Below are positions 46,399 through 57,522 of a DNA stretch of 64,000 bases, in pieces. The position numbers and the translations under genes were made by a program. The stretch lies in assembly GCA_904419735.1 (NCBI GenBank), contig CAJFSR010000014.1:5955-69954 (forward strand), in the 5' to 3' direction. The notes beneath the pieces were generated by a model, which saw only the letters and a program-made list of their open reading frames with translations, was not told where the DNA came from and did no database searches. Positions within the stretch are counted from its first letter, which is position 1, and the number at the start of each line of letters is the position of its first letter. This DNA is from Candidatus Neochristensenella gallicola. Its GTDB lineage: Bacteria; Bacillota; Clostridia; Christensenellales; QALW01.

Positions 46399-48516
46399 AT
46401 GGATCTGATGTTCTTTGTGACCCTGACGGCTGTTATCGCTCTGGCCTTTGCGCTTTTCACTGCTGAGAGGCTGTTAAAGAGGGATAAGGGCCCGGAGGAG
46501 ATAAGCCGGATAACCGGTATAATCCGCCGTGCCGCCGATGCTTTTCTTAAGAGGCAGTATAGGGGAGTGGCCATCTTTTTCGGAGCTGTATTCATAGTGC
46601 TTATAATTATGCACTTTGGCTTTGGTTTGGGAAATGCGTATACTCCCTTTGCTTTTTTGACAGGCGGGATTTTTTCGGGCCTGGCCGGATATATCGGCAT
46701 GAAGATAGCTACCGCTTCAAACGGCCGGACGGTCATGGCGTGCAAAAAAGGACTAAATCCCGGACTGCGCACGGCATTTTCCAGCGGGACGGTTATGGGA
46801 ATGGTGGTGGTAGGCCTGGGCCTGCTGGATACCAGCCTTTGGTATACCGTGCTGCGTTATGTGTTTAATGTAAATGACGCAACTCAGCTTGCCAACACCA
46901 TGGTATGTTTCGGCATGGGCGCGAGCAGTATGGCCCTCTTTGCGCGTGTGGGCGGCGGAATTTTTACAAAGGCCGCTGATGTGGGGGCTGATCTCTGCGG
47001 CAAGGTAGAGGCGGGCATACCTGAGGATGACATACGCAATCCTGCCGTAATAGCAGATAATGTAGGGGATAATGTAGGGGACGTAGCGGGCATGGGCGCC
47101 GATTTATACGAATCCTATGTCGGCTCGGTGCTTTCGGCCAGCGCTCTGGGCGCTTTTGCCGGTTTGGGCGACAAAGGTTTTTGGACTCCTTTTATTTTAG
47201 CCGTGGCGGGCGTGCTGGCGTCTATTATAGGTACGTTTTTTGTGCGCACGGGCGAAAAAGCCGACCAGAAGCAGCTATTGCGCGCTCTGCGCAAGGGGGT
47301 TTATGTGGCTGGCGGCATTATAGTAGTGGCGGCGTTTTTCGTGATACATTTCCTGCTGGGGGACACTTCCATAACGCTGGAAAACGGCACTCAGTATACC
47401 GTCAGCACCTGGGGCCTTTACGGCGCAGTGCTATGCGGCCTTGTAGGCGGAGTAATAATGGGGACTGTTACTGAGTTTTATACTTCTGAAACTTATAAGC
47501 CTACCAGGAACCTTGCTCAGTCCTCTTCTACAGGACCGGCTACAGTAATAATAGACGGTCTTGCTTTGGGCATGAAATCTACGTTTTTCCCGATAATTAT
47601 AGTAGTAGCTTCTATTGCAGGCAGCTATTATCTGGCGGGCGGCGCGCATAGCAGCAATCTGGGCTTGTTCGGCGTTGGCATTGCGGCTGTGGGCATGCTT
47701 TCCACGCTGGGCATAACTTTGGCTACTGACGCATACGGCCCTGTTGCAGATAATGCGGGGGGCATAGCCCAGATGTCGGGTCAGCCTGAAATTGTGCGCG
47801 AAAGAACGGATGCTTTGGACAGTCTGGGAAATACCACTGCTGCAACGGGCAAGGGCTTTGCAATAGGTTCGGCGGCCTTAACGGCCATAACCCTTATAGC
47901 GGCATTTAAGAGCACGGTAGAGGGAAGCCTTAATTTTACCTTTGATTTGAATCTTTTAAATCCCCAGGTGCTTATAGGCTTCTTCATAGGAGTTATGCTG
48001 CCCTTCCTCTTTTCCTCTATTACAATGCAGGCGGTAGGGCGGGCCGCTTCCAAAATAGTTATGGAAGTGCGCAGGCAGTTCAGGGAGATAAAAGGCATAA
48101 TGGAGGGCACGGGTCAGCCTGATTACGAAGCGTGCGTGGATATATGCACGCGCTCAGCCCAAAGAGAAATGATACTGCCCGCAGTTATAACTGTGCTTGC
48201 TCCTATTATAGTGGGCATACTGCTTTCCTTTAACGGCATAGCGGGCATGCTGGCCGGTTCTGCCGCGTCAGGCTTTGTTATGGCCATAATGATGAGCAAC
48301 AGCGGCGGCGCTTGGGATAACGCTAAAAAATACATAGAGTCGGGCCAGCTGGGCGGCAAGGGTTCCGAATGCCATAAGGCAGCCGTAGTGGGGGATACGG
48401 TAGGGGATCCTTTTAAGGATACCGCCGGGCCTTCCATCAACATTTTAATTAAGCTTCTCAGTGTGGTCGCTATCGTATTCGCGCCTATTATTAATGCTGT
48501 GGCGGGGCTGTTCTGA
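46399..48516 (+). CDS. hppA: membrane-bound ion-translocating pyrophosphatase, K+-dependent type
   Basis: The start at 46399 has GAGGTGA upstream. Shows motifs [35 protein letters not shown] and [18 protein letters not shown]. Ala rather than Lys in the GNTT(A/K)A motif marks K+-dependent enzymes. Confidence 0.92.
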   Translation: MDLMFFVTLTAVIALAFALFTAERLLKRDKGPEEISRITGIIRRAADAFLKRQYRGVAIFFGAVFIVLIIMHFGFGLGNAYTPFAFLTGGIFSGLAGYIGMKIATASNGRTVMACKKGLNPGLRTAFSSGTVMGMVVVGLGLLDTSLWYTVLRYVFNVNDATQLANTMVCFGMGASSMALFARVGGGIFTKAADVGADLCGKVEAGIPEDDIRNPAVIADNVGDNVGDVAGMGADLYESYVGSVLSASALGAFAGLGDKGFWTPFILAVAGVLASIIGTFFVRTGEKADQKQLLRALRKGVYVAGGIIVVAAFFVIHFLLGDTSITLENGTQYTVSTWGLYGAVLCGLVGGVIMGTVTEFYTSETYKPTRNLAQSSSTGPATVIIDGLALGMKSTFFPIIIVVASIAGSYYLAGGAHSSNLGLFGVGIAAVGMLSTLGITLATDAYGPVADNAGGIAQMSGQPEIVRERTDALDSLGNTTAATGKGFAIGSAALTAITLIAAFKSTVEGSLNFTFDLNLLNPQVLIGFFIGVMLPFLFSSITMQAVGRAASKIVMEVRRQFREIKGIMEGTGQPDYEACVDICTRSAQREMILPAVITVLAPIIVGILLSFNGIAGMLAGSAASGFVMAIMMSNSGGAWDNAKKYIESGQLGGKGSECHKAAVVGDTVGDPFKDTAGPSINILIKLLSVVAIVFAPIINAVAGLF

Positions 48517-48588
48517 GCGCTATAAGAGACAATCGGCGATATTCTATGGCAAAAGATTTGCCAACAAAAAAGGGGTATTTTGAATTTT

Positions 48589-48627
48589 GGGGAACGCGGC
48601 GTTAATAAGCGTTCCCCGATGTTTTTC
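48589..48627 (+). terminator. intrinsic terminator of hppA
   Basis: GGGGAACGC-N11-GCGTTCCCC followed by GATGTTTTT. Confidence 0.75.
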
Positions 48628-49170
48628 AATATTAAAATATATTTGCGCTCAGTTGACAAATAATATGCCCTTATATAGCGCTTTTGCGCGCTGTATTCAG
48701 TCGGCGCGTGCGGAACGGGCCGGTATCCGACTTAAAAATAAGGGAAATGCCCGATGTAGTTAGAAACGGCAGGGGAACCTGCTTTGTTTGCTGTTTGAGG
48801 CGGGTTTTCCTTCATATTGGCGTATATGCAGAGAGAAAACAGCGGATTATTGCTTATAAGAGATTTGGTTATATGGTTTGCCGCATACTAAATATCTTTT
48901 CTATGTATGCCAGGCAGGGGTACAGCGCTGCAAAAGGATGTTCATAGAAGAAAACGGCAGAGGCTTCCGGTATTTTAGCAATGAAGACTTTTAATCCCTG
49001 CGCCCGCCCTCCGCCGCTTCTCCCGAAATGCCGCAGGTATTTCGGATATCGCATAACCGGCGGCACATGCATATACTCCGTTTTATTGATATACCGTTGA
49101 AAATGTAAATATACTTTTGTTTTTCCCTTTTATATGATATAATTTTAAAAAAGCAATCCAGGGGTGCAAG

Positions 49171-50013
49171 ATGAATCTGCTGCATTTAAAATATGCTCTT
49201 GAGGTGGAAAAAACACGTTCAATAAATAAAGCGGCTGAAAATCTCTTTATAGGCCAGCCCACCCTGAGCAAAAGCATAAAAAAGCTGGAGGAGGATTTGG
49301 GGTTTACCCTTTTTATACGAACCCCTTCAGGCATAATGCCTACTGCTGACGGTGAACGCTTTTTAGCGCGTGCGCATGATATTATGGCGCAGGCGGAGGA
49401 ATTGGAGGCGGAGTATAAATCCATGCTTTCCCGCCCCGGCGCTTATTCCTTGACCCTTCCGCGGTGTCCGCTGGCCTATAGGGTGCTTAAACGCTTTTCA
49501 AACAGGACGGATATGGATGTTAAGGCGGATTTCGGACAGCTTTCGCGGGCTGTGCGCAATATATTGCAGAATAATTTTGATATGGCTGTTATCCGGTACT
49601 GTCCCAAGCTTCAGCCTATGATGACAGAACGTCTTGAGCAGGAGGGCCTTGCCTGGCGCCTTCTGGGCAAGGGCCGCTTTATGCTTACCTTTAAGGGCGA
49701 AAATGCGCCTGATATTTTAAGCGAAAAGAGCGTGCAGGTGGCATACGAGGATTCTCCTCTGCCGCATTCGGAAGTAGGCAGGCGTATTTTAGTGCGGGAC
49801 AGCGCGGCATTTCTGAATCTGCTCGGCATTCCTGAATCATATGCCTGGGTTGTTCCGCTCAGGGGCGAATATGGCCTAAAACAACGAAATGAACCGATGG
49901 GAGCGGAGTATGCAGATATGAGCATATGTAAGCGCAGCCGAAATATGACTAAGAACGATAAGCTTCTGCTTTCTTTGTATTGCGAACTTATGGGATATGA
50001 TACTGATTTATAG
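49171..50013 (+). CDS. LysR family transcriptional regulator
   Basis: N-terminal wHTH (LKYALEVEKTRSINKAAENLFIGQPTLSKSIKKLEEDLG). Confidence 0.8.
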   Translation: MNLLHLKYALEVEKTRSINKAAENLFIGQPTLSKSIKKLEEDLGFTLFIRTPSGIMPTADGERFLARAHDIMAQAEELEAEYKSMLSRPGAYSLTLPRCPLAYRVLKRFSNRTDMDVKADFGQLSRAVRNILQNNFDMAVIRYCPKLQPMMTERLEQEGLAWRLLGKGRFMLTFKGENAPDILSEKSVQVAYEDSPLPHSEVGRRILVRDSAAFLNLLGIPESYAWVVPLRGEYGLKQRNEPMGAEYADMSICKRSRNMTKNDKLLLSLYCELMGYDTDL

Positions 50014-50185
50014 TTTTTTGAGCGCATAAGTAAACTTTTAATTGGCTGAACAAACGTAAGTTCCTTGTTAAAAACAAATTAAATAATAAATTATCGATAA
50101 AGGAATATCGATATTCATTTAATGAATTACCCCGAATTTTGAAATCATGCTAAACTAATTGCGAGATTTGAAAGGAGGGGTTTTT

Positions 50186-50815
50186 TTGATAAGCGCCGTA
50201 TCCCGGCAGACAATATCCAGGCTTCCGGTTTATCTGGGATACCTTCGCTCGCTGGAAGGCTCTTTGCCCACAATTTCGGCAACTGCCATAGCCGAAGCGC
50301 TCAGCCTTAACGATGTTCAGGTGCGCAAGGATCTGGCCGCCGTCAGCTCGTCGGGAAAGCCTAAGATCGGCTATGTTACTGCCGACCTTATAAAAGAGCT
50401 GGAGGATTTTCTGGGCTATAACCGTCCAAGCGACGCCATATTGGCGGGCGCGGGCAAATTGGGCAGGGCGCTTATGTCCTATCAGGGCTTTAACGCTTAC
50501 GGCCTTAATATTGTGGCCGCCTTTGATACCGATTCAAAGCTGGTTAACTCTCAGGAGGCCGGTAAAAGCATTTTGCCGCTGGACCAGATGAAGCCGCTTT
50601 GCGAGCGGCTGAATGTGCGCATAGGGATTATAACCGTCCCGGCTGCCTGCGCGCAGGGGGTATGCGATATGATGGTCAAAAGCGGCATCCTGGCCATATG
50701 GAATTTTGCTCCAGTCAGGCTGAACGCGCCTGAATCAATACTGGTGCAGAATGAAAATATGGCTTCGTCCCTGGCGCTGCTCCGCAGCCATCTCAGACAG
50801 CGCGCCGGATTATAA
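50186..50815 (+). CDS. rex: redox-sensing transcriptional repressor Rex
   Basis: TTG start at 50186, placed 8 nt after AAAGGAGGGG. Shows ISRLPVYLGYL and the Rossmann motif AILAGAGKLGRAL. Confidence 0.88.
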   Translation: MISAVSRQTISRLPVYLGYLRSLEGSLPTISATAIAEALSLNDVQVRKDLAAVSSSGKPKIGYVTADLIKELEDFLGYNRPSDAILAGAGKLGRALMSYQGFNAYGLNIVAAFDTDSKLVNSQEAGKSILPLDQMKPLCERLNVRIGIITVPAACAQGVCDMMVKSGILAIWNFAPVRLNAPESILVQNENMASSLALLRSHLRQRAGL

Positions 50816-50859
50816 AAATTAATAACTATTTAAAGAATTTTTAAAAGGAGATATTACTT

Positions 50860-53475
50860 ATGAGCAGAATTAAAGAGTATGACATTGTGGACAGCGTGGA
50901 AAAGCTGGAAGCGGCTCTTGCAAAGGTACGCGAGGCGCAGAAAAAGTTCGCCCTGTATACTCAGGAGCAGGTAGACGCCATTTTCCTGGCCGCCGCTTCG
51001 GCTGCCAATAAGCAGCGCATTCCTCTTGCCAAAATGGCGGTAGAGGAAACAGGCATGGGCGTAGTTGAAGATAAGGTTATAAAGAACCACTATGCCGCCG
51101 AATACATTTACAACGCCTATAAGAATACCAAAACCTGCGGCGTTATAGAAGAGGATAAGGCTTACGGAATCAAAAAAATAGCCGAACCCATCGGCGTTAT
51201 CGCGGCTGTTATTCCTACTACCAATCCCACTTCTACGGCCATTTTCAAGACCCTTTTAGCGCTTAAGACCCGCAACGGCATTATCATAAGCCCCCATCCG
51301 CGCGCCAAGAAAAGCACTATTGAGGCTGCCAAGGTGGTCCTGGAGGCAGCCGTGGCTGCGGGCGCGCCTGAAGATATCATTTCCTGGATAGACATTCCTT
51401 CTCTTGAATTAACCAACCTTGTTATGAAGGAAGCGGATATTATCCTGGCCACCGGCGGCCCCGGCATGGTTAAGGCCGCGTATTCCTCCGGCAAGCCTGC
51501 TGTAGGCGTGGGCGCCGGCAATACCCCCGCCATAATAGACGAGTCGGCCGATCTGCTCTTAGCCGTCAATTCCATTATACATTCCAAGACATTTGATAAC
51601 GGCATGATTTGCGCATCCGAGCAGTCGGTTATAGTTTTGGAACCCGTTTATGCCAAAGTAAAGGAAGAATTTAAAAAGCGCGGCTGCTATTTCCTTAATA
51701 AAGAGGAAACTGAAAAAGTCCGCAAGACCATTATAATAAACGGCGCGCTTAACGCCAAGATAGTGGGTCAGCCAGCGGCCAAAATAGCGGCTCTGGCAGG
51801 CGTAGAAGTTGCTCCCGAAACTAAAATCCTCATTGGCGAAGTAACCAGCGTGGAATTAAGCGAAGAATTTGCCCATGAAAAGCTGTCTCCCGTGCTGGCT
51901 ATGTATAAGGCCAAGAATTTTGACGACGCTCTGGATAAGGCCGACCAGCTTATAGCCGACGGCGGCTACGGCCATACTTCCTCTGTTTATCTGGATGTTG
52001 TTACTCAGCAGGAAAAGCTTAACAAATTCTCTGAGCGCATGAAGACCTGCCGTATATTAGTAAATACTCCCTCTTCGCAGGGCGGCATAGGCGACCTTTA
52101 CAATTTCAAGCTTGCTCCTTCCTTAACGCTGGGCTGCGGCTCCTGGGGCGGCAACTCGGTATCTGAAAACGTTGGAGTTAAGCACCTGCTCAATATTAAA
52201 ACCGTAGCCGAGAGGAGAGAGAATATGCTTTGGTTCAGAACGCCCGGAAAGGTGTATATAAAGAAGGGCTGCCTGCCCGTTGCCCTGGATGAACTTAAAA
52301 CTGTAATGGGCAAGAAAAAAGCGTTTATAGTTACAGATACCTTCCTCTATCAGAACGGCTATACCAAGCCTATCACCGATAAGCTGGACGAAATGGGAAT
52401 AACCCATACTACTTTCTACGACGTTGCCCCCGACCCGACTCTGGCCTGTGCTAAAGAGGGCGCTAAGGCTATGGCTTCTTTCCAGCCCGACTGCATTATA
52501 GCTCTGGGCGGCGGTTCGGCTATGGACGCCGGCAAGATAATGTGGGTGCTTTACGAGCATCCCGAAGCGGACTTCATGGATATGGCCATGCGCTTTGTGG
52601 ATATCCGCAAGCGTGTATATACCTTCCCCAAAATGGGCGAAAAGGCATATTTCATAGCCATCCCCACATCGGCTGGTACGGGCAGCGAGGTTACTCCCTT
52701 TGCCGTTATAACTGATGAGAAATCAGGCGTAAAATATCCTCTGGCCGATTACGAGCTGCTTCCCAACATGGCTATAATAGACGCTGATCTGCATATGTCC
52801 GCTCCTAAAGGACTTACAGCCGCTTCAGGTATAGACGCAGTTACCCATGCGCTTGAAGCTTATGCTTCCATGATGGCAACAGATTATACCGACGGCTTGG
52901 CCTTAAGAGCCTTGAAGGTAATATTTGAATATCTGCCCCGTGCTTATGATAATGGTACCAACGACCCTGTTGCGCGCGAAAAGATGGCTAACGCGGCTAC
53001 TATGGCCGGTATGGCTTTTGCTAACGCTTTCCTGGGCGTCTGCCACTCCATGGCGCATAAACTGGGCGCCTTCCATCATCTGCCCCACGGCGTTGCCAAC
53101 GCTCTTATGATAGACGAGGTGCTGCGCTTTAACGCCTCTGAAACTCCTGTGAAGATGGGTACATTCCCGCAGTATGACCATCCGCACACTCTGGCTCGCT
53201 ATGCCGAGGTAGCTGATTATCTCGGAATTAAAGGCAAGAATGATGCGGAAAAATTTGAGAATTTCATAGCCGCCCTGGATGAGCTTAAGGAGAAAGTGGG
53301 CATAAAGAAGACGATTAAGGATTACGGTATTGATGAAAAAGACTTCCTGGAGAGATTGGACGACATGGTAGAGCAGGCCTTTGACGACCAGTGCACCGGT
53401 GCCAATCCGCGCTATCCGCTTATGAGCGAAATAAAGCAAATGTATCTTAATGCCTATTATGGCAAAAGAGAATAA
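50860..53475 (+). CDS. adhE: bifunctional acetaldehyde-CoA / alcohol dehydrogenase
   Basis: 871 aa with an N-terminal ALDH domain (catalytic Cys in DNGMICASEQS) and a C-terminal Fe-ADH domain (GGGSAMDAGK, HSMAHKLGAFHHLPHG). Confidence 0.95.
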   Translation: MSRIKEYDIVDSVEKLEAALAKVREAQKKFALYTQEQVDAIFLAAASAANKQRIPLAKMAVEETGMGVVEDKVIKNHYAAEYIYNAYKNTKTCGVIEEDKAYGIKKIAEPIGVIAAVIPTTNPTSTAIFKTLLALKTRNGIIISPHPRAKKSTIEAAKVVLEAAVAAGAPEDIISWIDIPSLELTNLVMKEADIILATGGPGMVKAAYSSGKPAVGVGAGNTPAIIDESADLLLAVNSIIHSKTFDNGMICASEQSVIVLEPVYAKVKEEFKKRGCYFLNKEETEKVRKTIIINGALNAKIVGQPAAKIAALAGVEVAPETKILIGEVTSVELSEEFAHEKLSPVLAMYKAKNFDDALDKADQLIADGGYGHTSSVYLDVVTQQEKLNKFSERMKTCRILVNTPSSQGGIGDLYNFKLAPSLTLGCGSWGGNSVSENVGVKHLLNIKTVAERRENMLWFRTPGKVYIKKGCLPVALDELKTVMGKKKAFIVTDTFLYQNGYTKPITDKLDEMGITHTTFYDVAPDPTLACAKEGAKAMASFQPDCIIALGGGSAMDAGKIMWVLYEHPEADFMDMAMRFVDIRKRVYTFPKMGEKAYFIAIPTSAGTGSEVTPFAVITDEKSGVKYPLADYELLPNMAIIDADLHMSAPKGLTAASGIDAVTHALEAYASMMATDYTDGLALRALKVIFEYLPRAYDNGTNDPVAREKMANAATMAGMAFANAFLGVCHSMAHKLGAFHHLPHGVANALMIDEVLRFNASETPVKMGTFPQYDHPHTLARYAEVADYLGIKGKNDAEKFENFIAALDELKEKVGIKKTIKDYGIDEKDFLERLDDMVEQAFDDQCTGANPRYPLMSEIKQMYLNAYYGKRE

Positions 53476-53490
53476 AAGGAGGAAGGCATA

Positions 53491-54240
53491 ATGAAATTTG
53501 ACAACCCTATCGCAGTCCGGGCAACCAAGACGGTCTACAGAGACGGAGATTTGGCTATTAAGCTGTTTAACGAAGGCTATTCCAAATCGGATATACTCAA
53601 CGAGGCGCTTAATCAAGCGCGCGTTGAGGAGACCGGCCTGTTAGTACCCAAGGTGCTGGAGGTAGGCATTTTTGACGGCCGCTGGGCTATTGTGAGCGAA
53701 TTTATAGAGGGCAAAACTATGGCGCAGCTTATGACTGAGCAGCCCGAAAAGAAGGAGGAGCTTATGAGCCGGTTCGTGGATATTCAGCTTTCCATCCACG
53801 CCCGCCGCGCCCCGCTGCTTAATAAGCTCAAGGACAAGATGGAACGCAAGATAGACGAGACCTCTTTAGACGCGACCACCCGCTATGAGCTGCACACCCG
53901 TCTTGAATCCATGCCTAAGCACAAAAAGGTTTGCCACGGTGATTATAACCCGTCCAATGTTATAATAACCGAGAGCGGCGACGCTTATATAATTGACTGG
54001 TCACACGCGACACAGGGCAACGCCTCGGCGGATGCGGCCCGCACATATTTGCTGTTCTGGCTTGCCGGGGATGTAGACAGCGCTCATTTGTACATGGATC
54101 TTTTCTGCCGCAAGAGCGATACCGCTAAACAGTATGTGGAAAAATGGCTGCCTATCGTGGCCGCTTCCCAGTCTGTTAAAGGTAAACCGGAAGAAAGAGA
54201 ACTGCTCATGCATTGGGTGGACGTTGTGGACTACGAATAG
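53491..54240 (+). CDS. aminoglycoside phosphotransferase (APH)/choline-kinase family kinase
   Basis: Catalytic loop HGDYNPSNVII and the IIDWSHA motif. Confidence 0.75.
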   Translation: MKFDNPIAVRATKTVYRDGDLAIKLFNEGYSKSDILNEALNQARVEETGLLVPKVLEVGIFDGRWAIVSEFIEGKTMAQLMTEQPEKKEELMSRFVDIQLSIHARRAPLLNKLKDKMERKIDETSLDATTRYELHTRLESMPKHKKVCHGDYNPSNVIITESGDAYIIDWSHATQGNASADAARTYLLFWLAGDVDSAHLYMDLFCRKSDTAKQYVEKWLPIVAASQSVKGKPEERELLMHWVDVVDYE

Positions 54241-54326
54241 AATACAGCGGGCTTAAAAGGCTTCCCTGAGAACAGGGACTCTTCAGCTCGCTGACAGGTT
54301 GACAAATTCAGGATTTCTCTATACAG

Positions 54327-54385
54327 AAAAACAGCTTGGGCGTTTTGAGCTTTAATACGGCTCAAAACGCCCAAGCTGTTTTTTT
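54327..54385. terminator. bidirectional intrinsic terminator
   Basis: A5-CAGCTTGGGCGTTTTGAGC-N9-GCTCAAAACGCCCAAGCTG-T7, a 19-bp perfect stem. Confidence 0.8.
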
Positions 54386-54898
54386 CTGTCTTGGGGCAGT
54401 TGAGCAAATAAAATAAGCGCCTGCCCGCAAGGGGGAGAGGAAAAGAAGCTATACGATAATATTTAGCGGTTGCAATAGAGGATTTTAGGCCTGTTGCTGT
54501 AAAATAAAAGCAACATGTATGGATAAACGAATGGTATGGGGCATACTAAACGGGCGTGTGAATATCAAGCGGCGTTAATATCGTAGAATCATAGGCAGGG
54601 AGTACTCAAAAAGGCATGCATAAGATAAAACACTATGCGAGTACAAAGGAGCAAGGGCGTCAATTACGTCCAGTTAAGCAATACGCCGGTGAGCATGCCG
54701 CGGGAAGAAAGTGTGTGCAAGCTGTAGGGTGTATTTTACGGAAAAAACGCTTTAATTTATTTGACCAGCATGCAAAGTTACAGTAGAAATGCGGGGACAG
54801 ACGCTTCTGTTCGGCGGCTATGTTTCAGGGATGAGATTCAACGGGCCGCAATTCGGTGCCGTGACGGGGCAAGGTGAGATATCGTTCGGGACATGCCA

Positions 54899-55171
54899 GC
54901 CTAAATTGACAAGGGGATACACGCCTCCAACGGCCTGATTCCGGCATTTTCTGCGTCGTCGTCAATGGGCGTGCGTTCAGTACGCCTCATTCCGCTTCCT
55001 TAAAAATGCCGGAATCAAACCTGCTGGAGGTCAAAGAGTCAGACAGCGGCCGTTTGGGTGCCCTGCAAGGCGCTTGGACAACGTGTGCTGGACGTACGCG
55101 GAGCGAAAAGCAGCACGGCAGGACACTCAAACAGCCCTGTCCTGACCGTATATGCCCTTGTTAATTCAGGG
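54899..55171 (-). mobile_element. MITE family B, copy B2 (273 bp)
   Basis: Collinear with B1 but lacks its 13-bp duplication. The left end is decayed (GCCTAAATTGACAAGGGGATACACG). The right end is TATATGCCCTTGTTAATTCAGGG|TA. Confidence 0.8.
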
Positions 55172-55455
55172 TAAGCGTAAAAGAATATGATAGAGATGTC
55201 TTTTATAAGGGAAGAAGGTAAACGCTCCCGACAGGAAGGAAAAGGTGATAAAACTTTTTAAAGGGAGCAGGCCAACGCCTTTTATGTGCCGGCAGGCGAC
55301 CGGGGCTTTCGGCCTTTAGACCAAAAGCCCTGTTTGACAGGTGCCTGTGATTATTATAATTAGATGAAAAAGCAATCTCCAATTTGGATTGAACCGTTCC
55401 AGGCCGCAGCGCATCAGACGGTCAAGCCGCCGGCCGTTCCGTTAATATGTTTCAG

Positions 55456-57150
55456 TTAATCCTCCATGGCGGCTTTTTTGGTATTTATCCGTCTTATGGC
55501 TTCTATATCTACTTTTGGCTGCCGGTCGTAGGTATAAAGGCCGTTCTGTTCCTGCTCTATATCATAAAGCTGGGTATAGCAGAAACCTATCATTTTGGGA
55601 TTATCTATTAAAGCAGTGGTAAGTCCTTCATATCTTTTTAAAAACTGCGCTTCATCTTCCACCGGCTGGCCATATCCCCAGGCATTGTCTTTAAAGCGAA
55701 TGGTTGTGCCTCCGTATTCGCTCATAAACACGGGTTCGCCGGTATACGGCTGCCTGTACGCGTATTTGTCAAACAGCTCGCCCGTTTTAAAGAGCAAATC
55801 GTACCTTTCTTTAAATACTTCGACATCCTGCTCGTAATCATGCACGTCAAAAATGTCCGTCTGGACATGGAAATTGCCGCTTGTATCAATGCAGGGGCGC
55901 ATGCCGTCCAACTGCTTTGTCGCCCTGTAAACCGTCCTTATCATGTCGTCGTCCTGGCGCCGCCATGCGTAATCCCAGGTTTCGTTAAAGGGGCACCAGC
56001 CTATAATGGAGGGATGATTGTAATCCCGGTTTAAAATTTCCAGCCATTCCATGAGCATATTGGGCAGCGCTCGCATATCTGAGTAATCCATGCCCCAGTT
56101 GCCGTACTCTCCCCATACCATATATCCCATTTTATCGCAGTGATAAAGGAAGCGCGGCTCAAAGGCTTTTTGGTGCAGCCGTGCGCCGTTAAAGCCTGCC
56201 GCCAGCGAAAGCTCTATATCCTTTACAAAGGAGGCGTCCTCCGGGGCGGTATAAATGCCGTCGGGATAAAAGCCCTGATCCAGCACCAGCCGCTGGAATA
56301 TATGCTTTCCGTTCAGCATCAGCCCATTTTCGTCAAGAGCTATATCCCTGAGGCCGAAATAGGTATGCACAGTATCCTCGCCGAATTTCAGCTCCACATC
56401 ATATAAACGTCCGCAGCCCAATTCCCAAAGGTGTATTTCGTTAAGCTTTATTGAAAAATTAACGCTCTGCCGGCAGTTATTTATAGTGCATTCGCCCATA
56501 ATGCTGCCGTCGTAAAAAACTTTTGCGGAAAAATCTTCCGCCCCTGCAAGCTGAACTGACATTTCCACGCTTCCGGCCGCGGCGCAGGGCGTGATTTTAA
56601 AATCCTTTATATATTCCCGCGGTGTAAATTCCAGCCAGACAGTCTGCCAAATGCCGGTTGTGCGCGTATAATCGCAGACGCGGGAGGCGTAGGTTTCAGA
56701 TTGCTTTCCGCGGGGCTGAAGGGGACTGCGCACATTATCCTCGGCGCAGACTGTAATAATGTTTTCGCCTGGCTTTAAAAGAGCTGTTATGTCAAAGCTG
56801 AAGGAGGCGTATCCGCCCTTATGCGTTCCGGCGCTTTTGGCGTTTACCCAGACCTCTGTATAGTAATCGCTTGCGCCGATATGCAGAAAAATCCGGCCGT
56901 CCAGCTGTTCAGGTGAAATGCTTATGTTTTTTTTATACCAAACGGCATTAATAAAATCCGTCCGGCTTATTCCTGACAGGATGCTTTCAGGGCAGAAGGG
57001 CAGGGTAATTTCTCCGCTTAGGTTTTGCGCCTCTATCAGGCCGCGCTCGCGTCCGCTTATGGAATCATCTATTTCAAACTGCCACTGTCCGTTTAAATTC
57101 TGCCAGTTTTTCCGCTCAAATTGAGGGTTGGGATGCTCTAACCTTCTCAT
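55456..57150 (-). CDS. glycoside hydrolase family 2 enzyme (beta-galactosidase/glucuronidase/mannosidase-like)
   Basis: Start at 57150 (MRRLEHPNPQFERKNWQNLNGQWQF). Sugar-binding and Ig-like domains, and a TIM-barrel block DYNHPSIIGWCPFNE with the acid/base Glu. Confidence 0.85.
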   Translation of the reverse strand: MRRLEHPNPQFERKNWQNLNGQWQFEIDDSISGRERGLIEAQNLSGEITLPFCPESILSGISRTDFINAVWYKKNISISPEQLDGRIFLHIGASDYYTEVWVNAKSAGTHKGGYASFSFDITALLKPGENIITVCAEDNVRSPLQPRGKQSETYASRVCDYTRTTGIWQTVWLEFTPREYIKDFKITPCAAAGSVEMSVQLAGAEDFSAKVFYDGSIMGECTINNCRQSVNFSIKLNEIHLWELGCGRLYDVELKFGEDTVHTYFGLRDIALDENGLMLNGKHIFQRLVLDQGFYPDGIYTAPEDASFVKDIELSLAAGFNGARLHQKAFEPRFLYHCDKMGYMVWGEYGNWGMDYSDMRALPNMLMEWLEILNRDYNHPSIIGWCPFNETWDYAWRRQDDDMIRTVYRATKQLDGMRPCIDTSGNFHVQTDIFDVHDYEQDVEVFKERYDLLFKTGELFDKYAYRQPYTGEPVFMSEYGGTTIRFKDNAWGYGQPVEDEAQFLKRYEGLTTALIDNPKMIGFCYTQLYDIEQEQNGLYTYDRQPKVDIEAIRRINTKKAAMED

Positions 57151-57522
57151 TTTATATATCCTCCGTGCTTTATTGTATTTCGCCAGCAGGTTAATTTTAA
57201 AACAATGATTGCATAACGTCAACAGTTTGAAGGGATATTTAGCTGACTTTTTATATAAAGCCCCTCTCTTTTTTATTTATATATGAGCAGATGAAAACCG
57301 GCACGGAAATTAAGCAACACTTTTATCCGGAAGGCGTTGTACTTGAGCAGACTGCGGCCAAAGGGACGAGCCTGGGCGTAGGAAGGCTTTTTTAGGACTG
57401 CCTGCGCGTGTGGAATACAGTTAGGCCATAAGCAATCCTCAATGGTTCAATAAAAAGTGCAGGAGATCTCATAAGAGATTTTCTGCCTGATGTTAGTCGT
57501 ATTCAGGTTGATAGTTTTTTTC

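Noticed and set aside
50065-50077. TTGTTAAAAACAA upstream of rex as a Rex operator
   Set aside because: Only 5-bp arms (TTGTT/AACAA) with a 3-nt spacer are present. The known 18-bp Rex box (TTGTGAA-N4-TTCACAA or TTGTTAA-N4-TTAACAA) is not matched. No better site was seen upstream of adhE, which is only 44 nt from the rex stop and probably co-transcribed.
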